From Octopus vulgaris (Eukaryota), in assembly GCA_951406725.2 (NCBI GenBank), contig OX597832.1, forward strand, positions 40,858,001 to 40,922,000: a stretch of 64,000 bases of DNA. The letters run 5' to 3'. The position numbers were made by a program, and so were the translations under genes. Numbering within the stretch: the first letter of the stretch is position 1; each line of letters begins with the position of its first letter. This document shows positions 37,540 through 51,425 of this stretch, in pieces. The notes beneath the pieces are model-generated. The model worked only from the letters and a program-made list of their open reading frames with translations. It searched no databases and was not told the DNA's origin.

Positions 37540-37789
37540 AAGAGTTGTTCAAAAGTTAAGAAGAGCTGTTGTTGCCCTTACTATGGTAATTTCAAATAGT
37601 TTTCCGTTGGCCCTCATTTCTGAAATATCAAAGGTGATGGAGGCATCTTCAGATTATTTCCCTTCTTAAAGCTAAGTATACAGGACGTTTGTTTCCTACA
37701 TCACACACCACTGGTATCTGGCTAACGACGATGAAGACGGTGGTGGCTACAACAACGACGACGACGACGTCAAAAAAATCTTCATCCAG

Positions 37790-38130
37790 AAAATTGGCAA
37801 ATTTCTTAACCAGCTCTGACATTTTGAAGTCCCTCCCATACATCTCATTATCTCTCACCTCCTCTCTAGCATCATTAAACCTCTTGTGCCAGCAAAAAAC
37901 AGATGCTCGACTCATACATGTTATTCCATGAGCAATCAAGAGTATTTCATAAGTTTCTGGAGTGTTTTTGCCCAGGTTTACACAAAACGTAGCGGGCTTT
38001 CAAATAGTCTCCACGTCCCAACTGCATTTAGTAAATGGTCAGCAAGTAGTGCTTTGTAGGGTGTGTTCAAAGTGCTGTTACAGCCGTTTCTTTTAATCTA
38101 GAATAAAAAAAGTTGTCAAGTTAGTTAATT
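37790..38130 (-). mobile_element. Mariner transposase N-terminal relic
   Basis: HG..CMSRASVFCWHKRFNDAREEVRDNE helix-turn-helix region. Confidence 0.72.
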
Positions 38131-38156
38131 AGATGTATAGTAATGTTATACAAAAA

Positions 38157-38237
38157 CTAGCAGTATAGCCCGGCGTTGCTCGGGTTTGTTTTCTTTTCGA
38201 CCATTTAGAACTGGAATTTTTGAAAAGTAAAAATTTT
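38157..38237 (-). mobile_element. Helitron 3' end fragment
   Basis: Minus strand: acaaacccgagcaacgccgggctatactgCTAG|T, hairpin plus CTAG; same end as the 47105-47493 element. Confidence 0.75.
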
Positions 38238-38665
38238 GCACAGGAGTGGCTGTGTGGTAAGTCGCTTGCTTACCAACCACATGGTTCTGGGCTCAGTCCC
38301 ACTGCGTGGCACCTTGGGCAAGTGTCTTCTACTATAGCCTCGGGCCGACCAAAGCCTTGTGAGTGGATTTGGTAGACGGAAACTGAAAGAAACCCGTCGT
38401 ATATATGTATATAAATATATATATATATGTATGTATGTATGTGTGTGTGTGTGTATGTTTGTGTGTCTGTGTTTGTCCCCCCAACATCGCTTGACAACCG
38501 ATGCTGGTGTGTTTATTTCCCCGTCACTTAGCGGTTCAGCAAAAGAGACCGATAGAATAAGTACTAAACTTACAAAGAATAAGTCCTGGGGGTCGATTTG
38601 CTCGACTAAAGGCGGTGCTCCATCATGACCACAGTCAAATGACTGAAACAAGTAAAAGAGAGAAA
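38238..38665 (+). mobile_element. Young family-A SINE
   Basis: High identity to the 14446 copy. Confidence 0.92.
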
Positions 38666-38669
38666 AGTT

Positions 38670-39580
38670 TAAGAAAAACGAACATTTTCGACACCTCCTT
38701 CTTTTAGCTTTTAATCAAGGTTCTAAGGTCGCAAAAGCTGCTCGCGACATTTGTGTTGAGTATAGAGAGGGTGCCATAGCTGAAGGAACCACTAGTGATT
38801 GATATGCCAAGCTCAAAAATGGAAATTTTGATCTCAAAGACGCACCTCGTTCTGGTCGTCCATTTGAGTTAGATGTAGAGCGATTAAACCAACTTTTGCA
38901 CGAAAATTCTCGTCAAACGACAAGGGAACTGACAGAGAAAATGGAATGCTCCCACACTGCTAAAGAGAAGCATCTTCACTCGATGGGAAAGGTTCAGAAG
39001 TATGGAGCATGGGTACTGCATACTTTAAGTGACAACAACAAAAATCAACGAGCCACAATCTCCGCTGGTTTGTTTGCTCGTCACCGCTCAACTCATGGAC
39101 ACAAGCAACGATTTCTTTACCGAATCTTTACTGGCGACGAAAAATGGTGCCTGTACATCAATATGAAGCAGCGTAAAGAATGGCATAGCCCCGGTAAACA
39201 AGCGATACCGTGCATGAAACAAGATCTTCATCCGCGTTAAACATTGTTGTGCGTATGGTAGGACTGGGAAGGGATTATCCATTACGAATTGCTTGAACGG
39301 AACCAAACGGTCAATGCGGAACTCTATGTTCAACAGATGGAACGACTCAACACGGCTATTCAAGAGAAAAGACCTAATCGGCAGCATGGAGTTCTGCTGT
39401 ACAACAACGCCCGCCCTCATACCGCCAATATGACCAAGGAAGCCATTCAAACGCATGGCTGGGAAGTGCTGCCACCACGCCTTACTCTCCTGATTTGGCA
39501 CCAACGTATTTCCAACTATTTCTATCTTTTCCAAATGCTATGCGCGAAGTTTCTTTCAAAACTGATGCAGTATTCGGCTC
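38670..39580 (+). mobile_element. Mariner (DD34D) transposase pseudogene
   Basis: KNEHFRHLLL, RSGRP, GAWVLH.L, TGDEKW, NNARPH, YSPDLAP; several stops and frameshifts. Confidence 0.92.
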
Positions 39581-39587
39581 TTTTCGA

Positions 39588-40335
39588 ACGTATACGAAAA
39601 CAAGGACGGAAAAACAGACGATGTTACACGAATATAAATACAAAAATACAATAAAAATAACAATAATAATAATAAGTACACATTTCACTAAATTTTGTAC
39701 GACTTTTTCAACCTGTTCACGCTTCGTTCTTGCTTTCTCCCCCCTCCCTCTCGCGCTCTCTCTTTCTATTTCTCTCTCTCTCTCTTCTCCTCCTCCTTAA
39801 TTCCTTTGTTCCTCTTTTTCTTTCTCTTCTCTTCTCACGTGACCTATTGGCCGACTGCTAGCCCTTTTGCGTTTAACCGTGGTCACGGCCACATCGATAT
39901 TCTTCCCTCTGCTGTAAGGCTTCATTTCTACACACGCCAGCTGAATTCAATTCGTCCCCAGTCGAAAGACGCTTGTTGTTATGTCCTGTTATTATTATTA
40001 TTATTGTTATTATTATTGTATTTTTGTATTTATATTCGTGTAACATCGTTTGTTTTCTCTCCTTGTTTTCGTATACATTCGATGCTTTTTTCCAAGGAAT
40101 CTAATGTTATTAGCTTAGTTTTTCCTTGGGGCTGGCCAGATTCGAGCAATCTCAAGATTAATCAGCCGAAATTGCGAGGATGATCCGGTTCTTGACTGAA
40201 GATAAAATGCTTCGAATGACCCGTCCTTGTTATTTTGTATCGCCTATCTGGATGTTTTGTTGTCCCTTTTTGTATCACCTAGTCGTCCGGATGTTTTGCG
40301 TTCTTGTCCCATTTTGTATTTTATTTTATATATAT
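39588..40335. mobile_element. Penelope-LTR-like element with spaced inverted repeat and a structured RNA motif
   Basis: 39588-39676 is the reverse complement of 39990-40079; hammerhead parts at 40130-40202; ends in (TA)n. Confidence 0.6.
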
Positions 40336-40371
40336 ATATAGCGACGTACGTACACTTTGTTCTCTTTTATA

Positions 40372-40480
<109 letters not shown>

Positions 40481-40526
40481 ATATATTTATATATCAGGGA
40501 CATGCCGCCTAGGTAGGCAAGGTATG

Positions 40527-40558
<32 letters not shown>

Positions 40559-41007
40559 TGTATGTATGAGGAACTATATAAGTCCTTTGTTCCGTGAAAT
40601 GAAATTTTGAAGCTATTCCTCCGGATTCTCATTGGCAGTATTGAGACCAAGTTTAAAGAATCATCGTTTCTTTGCAGAAATCGGTAACAGAATATTTACA
40701 TATTTACATTTCAATTCAAGAACACACATGCAAGAAATATTTCATTTTCAAATCATGTTGACGTGCGATTTCAAATGCCACAAAAGTCGCAAAAATCTTG
40801 ATTTCTTTACAATATATATGTGTTGCATATTTAATGATACATGCGTTTTATGTGTGAATAGAGGAATCATAGGTTTTGAGATTTGAATTCACCCGTCAAC
40901 TTGCTGAATGAATGCTGTCTGAAAAGTAACTATTCCTAACATGTATATTCTTGAATTGGCTCTCGAACATTTAAACATTTTCTAATGCTAAAATTCCGTG
41001 TTAAGGG

Positions 41008-41195
41008 TGTGAGGTGGCAGAACTGTTAGCACGCCGGGGGAAATGCTTAGCGGCAATATCGTCCGTCTTTAAGTTCTGAGTTCAAACTCCGCCGTGGTCA
41101 GTTTTTGCCTTTCATCCTTTCGGGTTCGACAAAATAAGTACCAGTTGAATACTGTGATCGATGTAATCTGCAAGTTCCCTCTTCCAAAATTGGCT
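41008..41195 (+). mobile_element. Family-B SINE, alternative-tail subtype
   Basis: Head and central domain. Confidence 0.78.
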
Positions 41196-41304
41196 GAGGA
41201 AACAAATCGCAAGTTCGATTCGTAGAAACAGGATCAGTCCCAGTGTTAAGTTGCTAATTCCACACGCGTAAGCATCTTGTGTCTCAGATTAAATCGGCCT
41301 GCAT

Positions 41305-42235
41305 TACATGTGGTCTAGCGGTGTCGTGGTGGAATATGTTTACTTCACGATTTGCTAATTCTGGACGTTTTTCTTTGATTAATTCCTCCAGTTTCATTAG
41401 TTGTTGACAGTAAACATCTGAATTGATCTTTTGATTCCTTGGAAACAGTTCAAAATACACAACACCTTTGTAATCCCACCAAATTGACAGCATGACCTTT
41501 TTTTTTTTTTGATACAATTCAGCTTTCAGTGTGGTTTGTACTGGTTCATTACGCTTGGACCATGATCGTTTTCGATTAATGCTATCGTTGAAAATCCATT
41601 TTCATCACCAGTGATGATTCATTTTGAAAAAGGTCGATATCATTGCGTTTGAGATGCATATCACAAATATTGATTCGTTGTGTTAAGTGAATCTCTTTTA
41701 ATTTATGTGGAACCCAAATATCGAGCTTCTTAAAGAGTCCCAGACATTTTAAGTGATTTTCAATTGTTCTGTGTGATACATTTAACCTCTCTGCAATCTC
41801 TCGCACAGTTTTATGATAATCAGATTCAACTATGTCTTTGATTCGGTCATCATCAATTTCAGAACGTTGGTCATCTTTGAGTGAAAATTTCCAGAACGGT
41901 ATTTTTAAAACCATTTCTGACATGTGCTTCCTGTTAAGCAATCGATACCATAAACTTCACATATCTCTTTGTGAGCCTCAGCAATTTTATTGCCTTTACG
42001 GAAATAAAAAAAAAAGCAAAATATGGCGAAAATGCTTGTTTTTGCTCTCCATGTTAAAATTGACGCTGAACTAGCAGCTGTAAACAAAATTACGCGCAAT
42101 TTGCTTCTAAAGTAAGCTAAAAGTAACGGCTATCAAATGTCAAAGGAAAAAATCACAACATTGACAAAAGTCATTTAAAAAAATCGTAACTCAGTCTACT
42201 TGCAAAAAAACGAAATTATTTTCTTGCCAAACCAA
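41305..42235 (-). mobile_element. Mariner element, 5' TIR plus decayed transposase, 3' truncated
   Basis: TA|TTGGTTTGGCAAGAAAATAATT TIR; EAHKEICEVYG, WVPHKL, KKVMLSIWWD, HHDTARPH. Confidence 0.92.
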
Positions 42236-42807
42236 TATATATGGGGGGTACCAAAATCTTTTAAGTACCTAAGCCTCAATGAGTCTTAATCTGGCCCTAT
42301 CATTTTCTCCCTACAACACATTAACTTGACACAATGTATTTAATTTTGTGGTTGTATGGAGAATGTGTCTATCCTTTTGTTCATTTTCTTTTATCCTTCT
42401 CCTTTACCAGCTCACCATATTTGCTTCTCATCCTTTCGCACCATCTTTCTTCTCTGGCGATCCGTTTATCCACCAAATCGATCTGTCAGCTTCGATTTTT
42501 GCCCTAATGTTTCTCATATTCAGATGAAAAACCAAATCTGTGAAACGATATATTCTACAATCCTCGCGATAAGCTTCACCATCCATTCGAACCTCTGCCT
42601 CATTTTTGCTGTCATAGACTACCACTAGTTCCTTCAAACACTGGATTTTACACTATATCACAATGAAGTGAAATGACATGGCCAAATTCGGAATTTTTAT
42701 GTAGAAACTGTGCTTAAAATATTCGTGTCTACACGAACCGGTTTTAAAGAGAAATTTGCCAGCTAAGTGAACCGGTCGCTAAAATTTTAACTTTGCTAGT
42801 TTACATC

Positions 42808-42940
<133 letters not shown>

Positions 42941-42979
42941 CGCGTGTATGTATTGAAGATACATATACGTATATATATA

Positions 42980-43215
42980 TTCTTTTATTCTTTTACTTGT
43001 TTCAGTCATTTGACTGCGTCCATGATGGAGCACCGCCTTTAGTCGAACAAATCGACCCCAGGAATTATTCTTTGTAAGCCTACAACTTTTTCCATCGATC
43101 TCTTTTGCCGAGCTGCTAGAATACGGGGACGTAAACACACCAAAATCGGTTGTCATGCTATAGTGGCGGGGGGGGATAAACACAGACACACAAATTACAC
43201 ACACACACACGCACA

Positions 43216-43254
<39 letters not shown>

Positions 43255-43442
43255 ACATACACACATATATACATACGACGGGCTTCATTCAGTTTCTGTT
43301 TACCAAATCCATTCACAAGGCTTTGGTCGGCCCGAGGCTATAGCAGAAGACAGTTGTCTAAGATGCCACACAGTGGGATTGAACCCGGAACCATGTGGGT
43401 GGGAAACAAGCTTCTTACCACAACACAGTCACTCCTGCGCCT
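42980..43442 (-). mobile_element. Family-A SINE
   Basis: Full length, reverse orientation. Confidence 0.88.
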
Positions 43443-43472
43443 GTATATATATATACATACATACATATATAT

Positions 43473-43795
<323 letters not shown>

Positions 43796-44183
43796 ATAAT
43801 ATGCAGGTATATTGTTGCAAACAGGAAAAATAGAACTTAACATATGAATATATGTATATTCTTTATTAATATTTAACAGAAGCAACAGAAAGACTCAAGG
43901 GACCGGCCTAAATCAACTACAGCACTCTATGTTCGCATTGAGTACTTCACCGAAACGTTAGCTAACTCTCGTACGCGTGTGTGAATGTGTGTGTGCGCAC
44001 GCGTTATTTGGAGCAAAAAACAATTTAATTCTTTTTTGACCATTTCCTCACCAGACCAGAATCTCAGAACCACCACTAAAACAGCTGGAAATATTGGAAT
44101 TTCCTTCAACTATTTCGGTATATTTTACTATAAGGAGTTCTGACTGCTTTAGTCAACGTATCTATCGATCGATCATTCTTTTT

Positions 44184-44734
<551 letters not shown>

Positions 44735-45528
44735 CACTCTCAATATCTTTCTTTTCAATTGCATTGTAGATTTTACTATTGTAGATGTGTGAGTGTGAGT
44801 CTGACGATATCAGTGAATAAGTAAATACTCAGTATAAGCTAGTGTGTGTGTGTGTGTGTGTTTGACAGAGAGGGAGAGAGATATATAGAGAGAGAGGGGG
44901 GAGAGAGAGAGAGAGAGAGATAAACAGGCAGTGAGACAAAGAGGGTTACATGAATATAGATGTAAGATAATGCAAGACATGTCGTTATATAAAAACGTGT
45001 TCGTGAAACAAAGAAAAAAGTTGTATGTATGTATGTATGTATGTATGTATGTATGTATGTATGTATGTATGCATGCATGCATGCATGTATGTATATATCT
45101 ATGAATTATCTGTTTGTGCATGTATACATGTGTGCATGTATGTGTGTGTGTGTGTGTGTATTCAACTGAATGGGTAAAAAAATAATGAATAATAAATAAA
45201 TAAATAAATACACATACATATACACACACATATATATATAATTATATAACTATATATATATATTTATATATTTATATTTATATTGATATATATATATACA
45301 TATACATATATGTGCGTGTACGTGTATGTATAAGTGTATGTGTGTGTGTGTATGTATGTATGTATGTATGTATGTATGTATGTATGTATGTATGCATACA
45401 TACATATACTTTAAACCGGCTGCATATATACGTGTAAGAGCTTCAACGTAAGCGCATATGCTAGTGTGCATGTATTTGTGTATGTGTGTGTGTTTATTGC
45501 TTATGTGAGTGACCATATGTACTTCTGC

Positions 45529-45580
<52 letters not shown>

Positions 45581-46058
45581 TCATGTATGTGTATATATAT
45601 ATATATATATAGCTGTGCATGTGATTAGGTGTGTACTCCAACCAGGATTAAATGTAGATACGGCATGACAACCTCCCCCACAACCAAGATATTTTTCTCA
45701 TTATCACTTTTCTCTTCCAAAGAAATATTTTATTAAGAAACAGTCACTGTGGCAGACGACAGACAGCAAACGGCAGGCGATCTCGTACCGGCCATTAATC
45801 TATCGTCTGCTTGCGGAATTCACTGAACAACCGACTCAGGTGAGAACCACTTTGTTTTTTGGTTGGGTTCTTGGTCTTTCATATTGTTATTGTTTTCTAC
45901 ATGCTGTCATTTAGCCCCTGGTTAACTCTGATCCAGTACAGTTATGACCAATAAGTGTTTAAGCCTTATCAATCTGGTGGTTGAAGGACGTTCAGATTCT
46001 GTATCTGGGATCACATTGTTAAATGGGTCCTTTTTCTTTTCCTTTTCTTTGGATCTTT

Positions 46059-46134
<76 letters not shown>

Positions 46135-46274
46135 GCTTTCTTTCTTTCTTTCTTTCTTTGTTATTTTTGTTAAAACAATAAGGTGTGATTTGATGGAGAT
46201 GGAGATTCGGCTGCTATTTCTTGCAATTGTGACTTCCTCGTACGAGTATGTAGTAATGTGCGTGTGTTTGGGTG

Positions 46275-46356
<82 letters not shown>

Positions 46357-46743
46357 AGATTTAATTACTCGGTTAATTTTCGCCGTTAATTAATATTGTT
46401 CAAAATCATTACAGATGGAGACATTGCGGTAATTATTTACATCTTCACGCTTTGAATTCAAATTTTAGCATCTCAACATTTCCCTTTCATTTTTCCGATG
46501 CAAGGTGGAGAGGGTACCGAAAAAACCCAGCATCAATCAGGAATGACCAGAATGTATGACCTGTATGTATGATGTAGTTAGGAATCATCCGCAGCATTCG
46601 TTACGTCGCAATATTTGTTAGTGTTACGCTTTAAACAACCTTAACTACTGAACAAAATACAACACGCAACCAAAATCTTTAGCATAAGGTAACAACATTG
46701 TGGAGATCTATAAATTTATTGCATCAAAATATAAAAAAAACTA

Positions 46744-47104
46744 TGCAAGTAGCATAGTTATGTGGACTGAGAATCGGGTCTACTGCATAAATGCTGTGGG
46801 GGGAAACGGGGACAGAAAACTCAAGGGCCTTCCCCGAGTGGCACATACTCTTGCTACACCACTGTAAATTGCATCAGGTCGTCAGAAGTTCAGAGGTTTT
46901 GGAGAGTAACCAGTCACCCTTAGTCACCACATCTTCCAAGTCCTCTCTGCCCGAAATGACATTACTTTTTGTCAAACCCAGTTCTGAGTCAAATAACAGA
47001 AGATCGTCCTATGGCTAAAACATATCGGCCTCGGAGGAGGGATGGCCCCCCTACATATGTGTCCGGCTGATCCACATGCCCCAATGTGCAGACATGCCCT
47101 GATA
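46744..47104 (+). mobile_element. TSD-flanked duplicate of part of the 48.8-49.5 kb LINE relic
   Basis: Aligns to 49115-49501 with a ~47-bp deletion; flanked by ATCAAAATATAAAAA once the Helitron is removed. Confidence 0.8.
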
Positions 47105-47493
47105 TCTTTATATATAAAAGTGAGGTTGTGTGCTGTCTGTCTCCTATGATTTAGATTCCTAACTACTCCCACATTTTGCGGTGGAGTTTAACCAAAAGCG
47201 GGTATCTTATAGTCGTGATTCATATCGAGCCCTTCTGGGTATTAGCGCGCATCTACGATGAGTGTACGATTTAAAAAAATTTACCATAATTTTTTTCCAT
47301 TTTAATGCATTTTTTCGCTATTATATAAGGGAAGTAACTCTCTAAAAATGTCTACGATGAGTCAACGATTTAAAAAAAAATTTACCATCATTTTTTTCCC
47401 CATTTTTTTGCTATTTTTTGGCTATAACTCTCTAAAAATGCTTATATAGTTATTTCCCTTACAAATCCGAGTAACGCCGGGCGATACTGCTAG
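47105..47493 (+). mobile_element. Complete non-autonomous Helitron (389 bp)
   Basis: A|TCTTTATATATAAAAG...tccgagtaacgccggg hairpin...CTAG|T; no TSD; internal direct duplications. Confidence 0.88.
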
Positions 47494-47740
47494 TCAAAAT
47501 ATAAAAACCAGGTATTTCCACGTGTCTTGCGAGTAATTATTACCCAGGTAGCCTTGTTTCTTACCCGCTTTCATTACGTAACAGGGTTACATATAACTTC
47601 GATTTAGCCTTGTTTAGCTCCGTATGACTTAGATAAGGACAGTGTTTATCGGTTGCTAGTGTTGTTTGCACTGTTTTCTAGCGCATTGAAAGTACTCTAC
47701 GTATTATGTGTACGTAGTCAGAGTTTATTAGTCCTTCTTC

Positions 47741-48321
47741 TGGCGGAATTCAGGTCTAAGTACCTCATCTAATCCGTTATAATTTTTTAAAATATTTTTT
47801 GGAATTTTCAGAAAATTTTTCCGAATTTGTATTTCTCTACACGGAAATTCAAACGATTATGCAAACAACAACAACAACAACAAAATTCATGTGTGATTTA
47901 AACGCGATTTGCCCGTTATTTTTAGCACATCTCACGACCACCTGATACCTTCCTCGTTTCTTTGTCACTCTAACTTGTATTGATGTTTTTCAGTTTGTTT
48001 GTTTTTTTTTTGTTTTTTTTCTCTCGCTATAAACACATTTAATGGAATGATGATGTACCCAAGAGTGGTCGATTCCTGGGATTTAGGAACTGTCCGGTTT
48101 TTAAACACTGATTTTTTTTTTAATTCGGAAAAGAGTGAAACCTTTGGGATTTATATGAAGCGTGGAAAGTTTAAAAATTTGCTTTTAATTCTTTTTTTTT
48201 AATCATAATCGCATGAATTCGTGTGTGTAGAACACAAAATCGCAAAAGTTTTCTGAAAATTACAAAAAAATACAAAATTTATGATGGGTTATATGCGGTG
48301 CTCTAAACCAGAATTCCACCA
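47741..48321. mobile_element. Old MITE with ~110-bp degenerate TIRs
   Basis: tggcggaattcaggtcta... against ...taaaccagaattccacca. Confidence 0.65.
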
Positions 48322-48507
48322 TTCTTCTATGTTGTATATATGTAAGTCCTGAGGTCCGCTTTATGTAAAACGGGCGCAGTGTCTTGTAGTTCAAATTCTG
48401 TGTTATATATATGTCCTGTGGTATACTTTATGTAACATGGATGCAGTGCCTAGAAGTTTTGTTTCCTGTATATTGTGCATTTCTAAGTCCCATGCGGTGG
48501 TGTAAAA

Positions 48508-48779
48508 ATAATATAATAATGAAATTATTGTATACAGTGTTCGGGTGGACCACAACTTGTCAGACAGTGCGTATAAAGCATATGCAGTAAAGTACAAATG
48601 TCTGGAAAGCGAACAGTGTATGAGTCAGATACATGCTTGCTTGTGTATGGAGGGGGGAAAAATCAGGTGTAGTGTTGGCAAATCTCAGGAAGCATGGAAG
48701 TTTTGAAGGATGCAGTGCTCCGACAACTAACAACTGATGCCGGCAGTTTGTTCCATGGTTCAGCAACTCTCAGCGTGAA
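48508..48779 (-). mobile_element. CR1-clade LINE 3' end fragment
   Basis: Same family as 5763 and 58701. Confidence 0.87.
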
Positions 48780-48789
48780 TGATGTGCTC

Positions 48790-49510
48790 AGGGTAGGCAA
48801 ACCTCACAGGCCGGTCAATTAGGGGGAATGGGACAAACCTATGCTGAACGAATGTTATATTTAAGGAAGGGACAGCCAATTTGGTTACAGCACAGAATAA
48901 TTAAAACCCCACGTCACGCCACTGGTACTCTGGTGTGCTTTACGTAAGATAGCTGCAGTGCTTTGTTGGTGAGTTTTCTGTCGTGTCCAGCAGTGTTGAT
49001 TTCTGTAGGTTGTGTATAGGCGTATATGCTCTGGAGTACAGCAACTAGGAGAGGGGACAACGCTAACATAGCTATGAGCAATAATCCCCCTTCGTCCTGG
49101 AAATGGTATTTAACTGCAAGTAGCATAGTTATGTGGACTGAGAATCGAGGGAGTGGTCTGACCCAGGCGATGCTATTATGAGGACAGCACTTTCGGGTCT
49201 ACTGCATAAATGCTGTGGGGGGAAAGGGGGAAGAAAACTCAAGAGCTGCCCCAAGTGGCACATACTCTTGCTACACCACTGTAAATTGCATCGGGTCGTC
49301 AGAAGTTCAGAGGTTTTGGAGAGTAACCAGTCACCCTTAGTCACCACATCTTACAAGTCCTCTCTGCCCGAAATGACATTACTTTGTCAAACCCGGTTAT
49401 GAGTCAAATAACAGAAGATCATCCTATGGCGAAAACATATCGGCCTTGAAGGAGGGATGGGCCCCTACATATGTGTCCAGCTGATCCACATGCCCCGATA
49501 TCCCGCGACT
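48790..49510 (+). mobile_element. Decayed non-LTR retrotransposon, R2-like post-RT/CCHC region
   Basis: GSGLTQA..GQHF.V and HTLATPL*IASGRQKFRGFGE*PVTLSHHILQV resemble R2 N.LPT....RGR..CR.C...ETL.HILQ.C. Confidence 0.42.
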
Positions 49511-50049
49511 GAATTTGGCCCTGTGCGCAAGTGTAAGCTCGGAAGAGCAGGAGACTAGCAACGTAAACTTTAAAAAAAATAAAAGTAGAAGGCATCAGAA
49601 TCATAATTACACGTCCAATCCATCTTATCGTTTCTACATGTTTTGGCTCTTGAATCATTGATACGAAAGCCAGACGTGTTAAGTGGCAACTCGTTGGAAC
49701 TGGGACGTGGATGATCCGTGTCGTCATACGTAAATGACACCATCATTATAATGTCGGACACAATGGAAATCGAGATACTTAGCATTATAATAAAAGCTAC
49801 AAAGTGGTAACAGTAGTACGCATTAATCAGGACAAATAGGTGGGTGAACAGTTCAACACTTAGAATAAGTTCTCGCTAACTAACGTGGTGACACAATGAA
49901 CCGATGATCCTGTTAAGCTGTTTGGGTTTGACCATGTCCCAGTGAATCGGAACTTGAATGAAGTCAAGAGCAGGCTAGTCAGTTATCCTTGAAATATAAG
50001 ACACAGGTTATCTATCTCCACCTGGCTGCTGTTCTCTGCTTCAGCTTCC

Positions 50050-50480
50050 ATCTCTCGCTTTTTGTGGAAGGGATGAGTTCCACTGATCAAAACGGCCTCT
50101 GCTGCTAACATCCTTTGCATGGAGAACTTGGTATGCCGTGGATCATGATGCATGAGTATGGCTGAGGCTGCGACATATGCCGAGACTCCTAGATGAAGAG
50201 AGAGCGGGTCCCCGTTTTCTGCAGCACGTTATTCCTTTTTTTTTTTGAAGCTCATCTCTTTGATCCCAGAAACACAGTCCCAGGGCAAGCGAAGACCTAA
50301 TTTGGACGTCTGGTCATGGAGATTGAAATCAATCACGGACAAGATTAAAAGGAGTGGAGGCAAACATTTTTCTTCAGTCAAGCTCCCATCAACATCTTCA
50401 TGTTTCACTTAGAGAGGAATGTGAGGGTGGGGATGGAGGTGCTATCCTCCACTAAATATTCTGAAATGCTGGGCATCTGG
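50050..50480 (+). mobile_element. Possible decayed Tx1/L1-like LINE C-terminal fragment
   Basis: SQAPINIFMFHLERNVRVGMEVLSS peptide; recognition is tentative. Confidence 0.25.
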
Positions 50481-50999
50481 CATCTGGCATGTTATCAGGT
50501 ACTCGAGGAATAAAGCTGGCACAACATCAATCCCCGAATCTTATGGAATGTTGGTAGCGGGCAAGAGAGATGACTGACATTCTTAGCCAAACTCAGAGCA
50601 TTGATGAAGACCAACTGAACAGCCTCTTCCAGGGGAGTTCACATAAGTAAAAACTGCAAATATAGAAATAAAGTAGTTATTGCTTTGTTCCCTGAAGGTC
50701 TGACGGAATTATAATAGTACCGTTGGGACATGTGACGTGTGTCTTAGGCATTTTAAATCTGGAATAGCCCTTCACTCTTTAGGTCTGATCTCAGCCTATT
50801 TCTTCTTTCGGAGAGAAAAAGGGGAGAAATAACCAACTCTACTTCAGTAATCGACTGGTATTTTATTTTATTAACTCCAAGAGTATGAAAAGTAAAATTA
50901 ACTGTATTGGGATTTGAACTCAGGGTGTAGAAAGCCGGAACAAATACTGCGAGTCATACCCTCCAACGTTCTACCAATTCATCACTTTTTATTACATTA

Positions 51000-51212
51000 C
51001 TTACTTTTTTTACTTTTTACTTGTTTCAGTCATTTGACTGCGGCCATGCTGGAGCACCGCCTTTAGTCGAGCAAATCAACCCTGGGACTTATTCTTTGTA
51101 AGCCCAGTACTTATTCTATCGGTCTCTTTTGCCGAACCGCTAAGTGACGGGGACGTAAACACACCAGCATCGGTTGTCAAGCAATGCTAGGGGGACAAAC
51201 ACAGACACACAA

Positions 51213-51263
<51 letters not shown>

Positions 51264-51425
51264 TACGACAGGCTTCTTTCAGTTTCCGTCTACCAAATCC
51301 ACTCACAAGGCATTGGTCGGCCTGGGGCTATAGCAGAAGACACTTGCCCAAGATGCCACGCAGTGGGACTGACCCCGGAACCAGGTGGTTGGTTAGCAAG
51401 CTACTTACCACACAGCCACTCCTGC
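51000..51425 (-). mobile_element. Young family-A SINE
   Basis: Very close to the 14446 copy (shared tagcattgcttg variant). Confidence 0.92.

Noticed and set aside
40122-40180. HDV-like ribozyme reading of the same RNA
   Set aside because: P1- and P2-like pairings exist but P3, P1.1 and P4 are missing; the hammerhead parts fit better.
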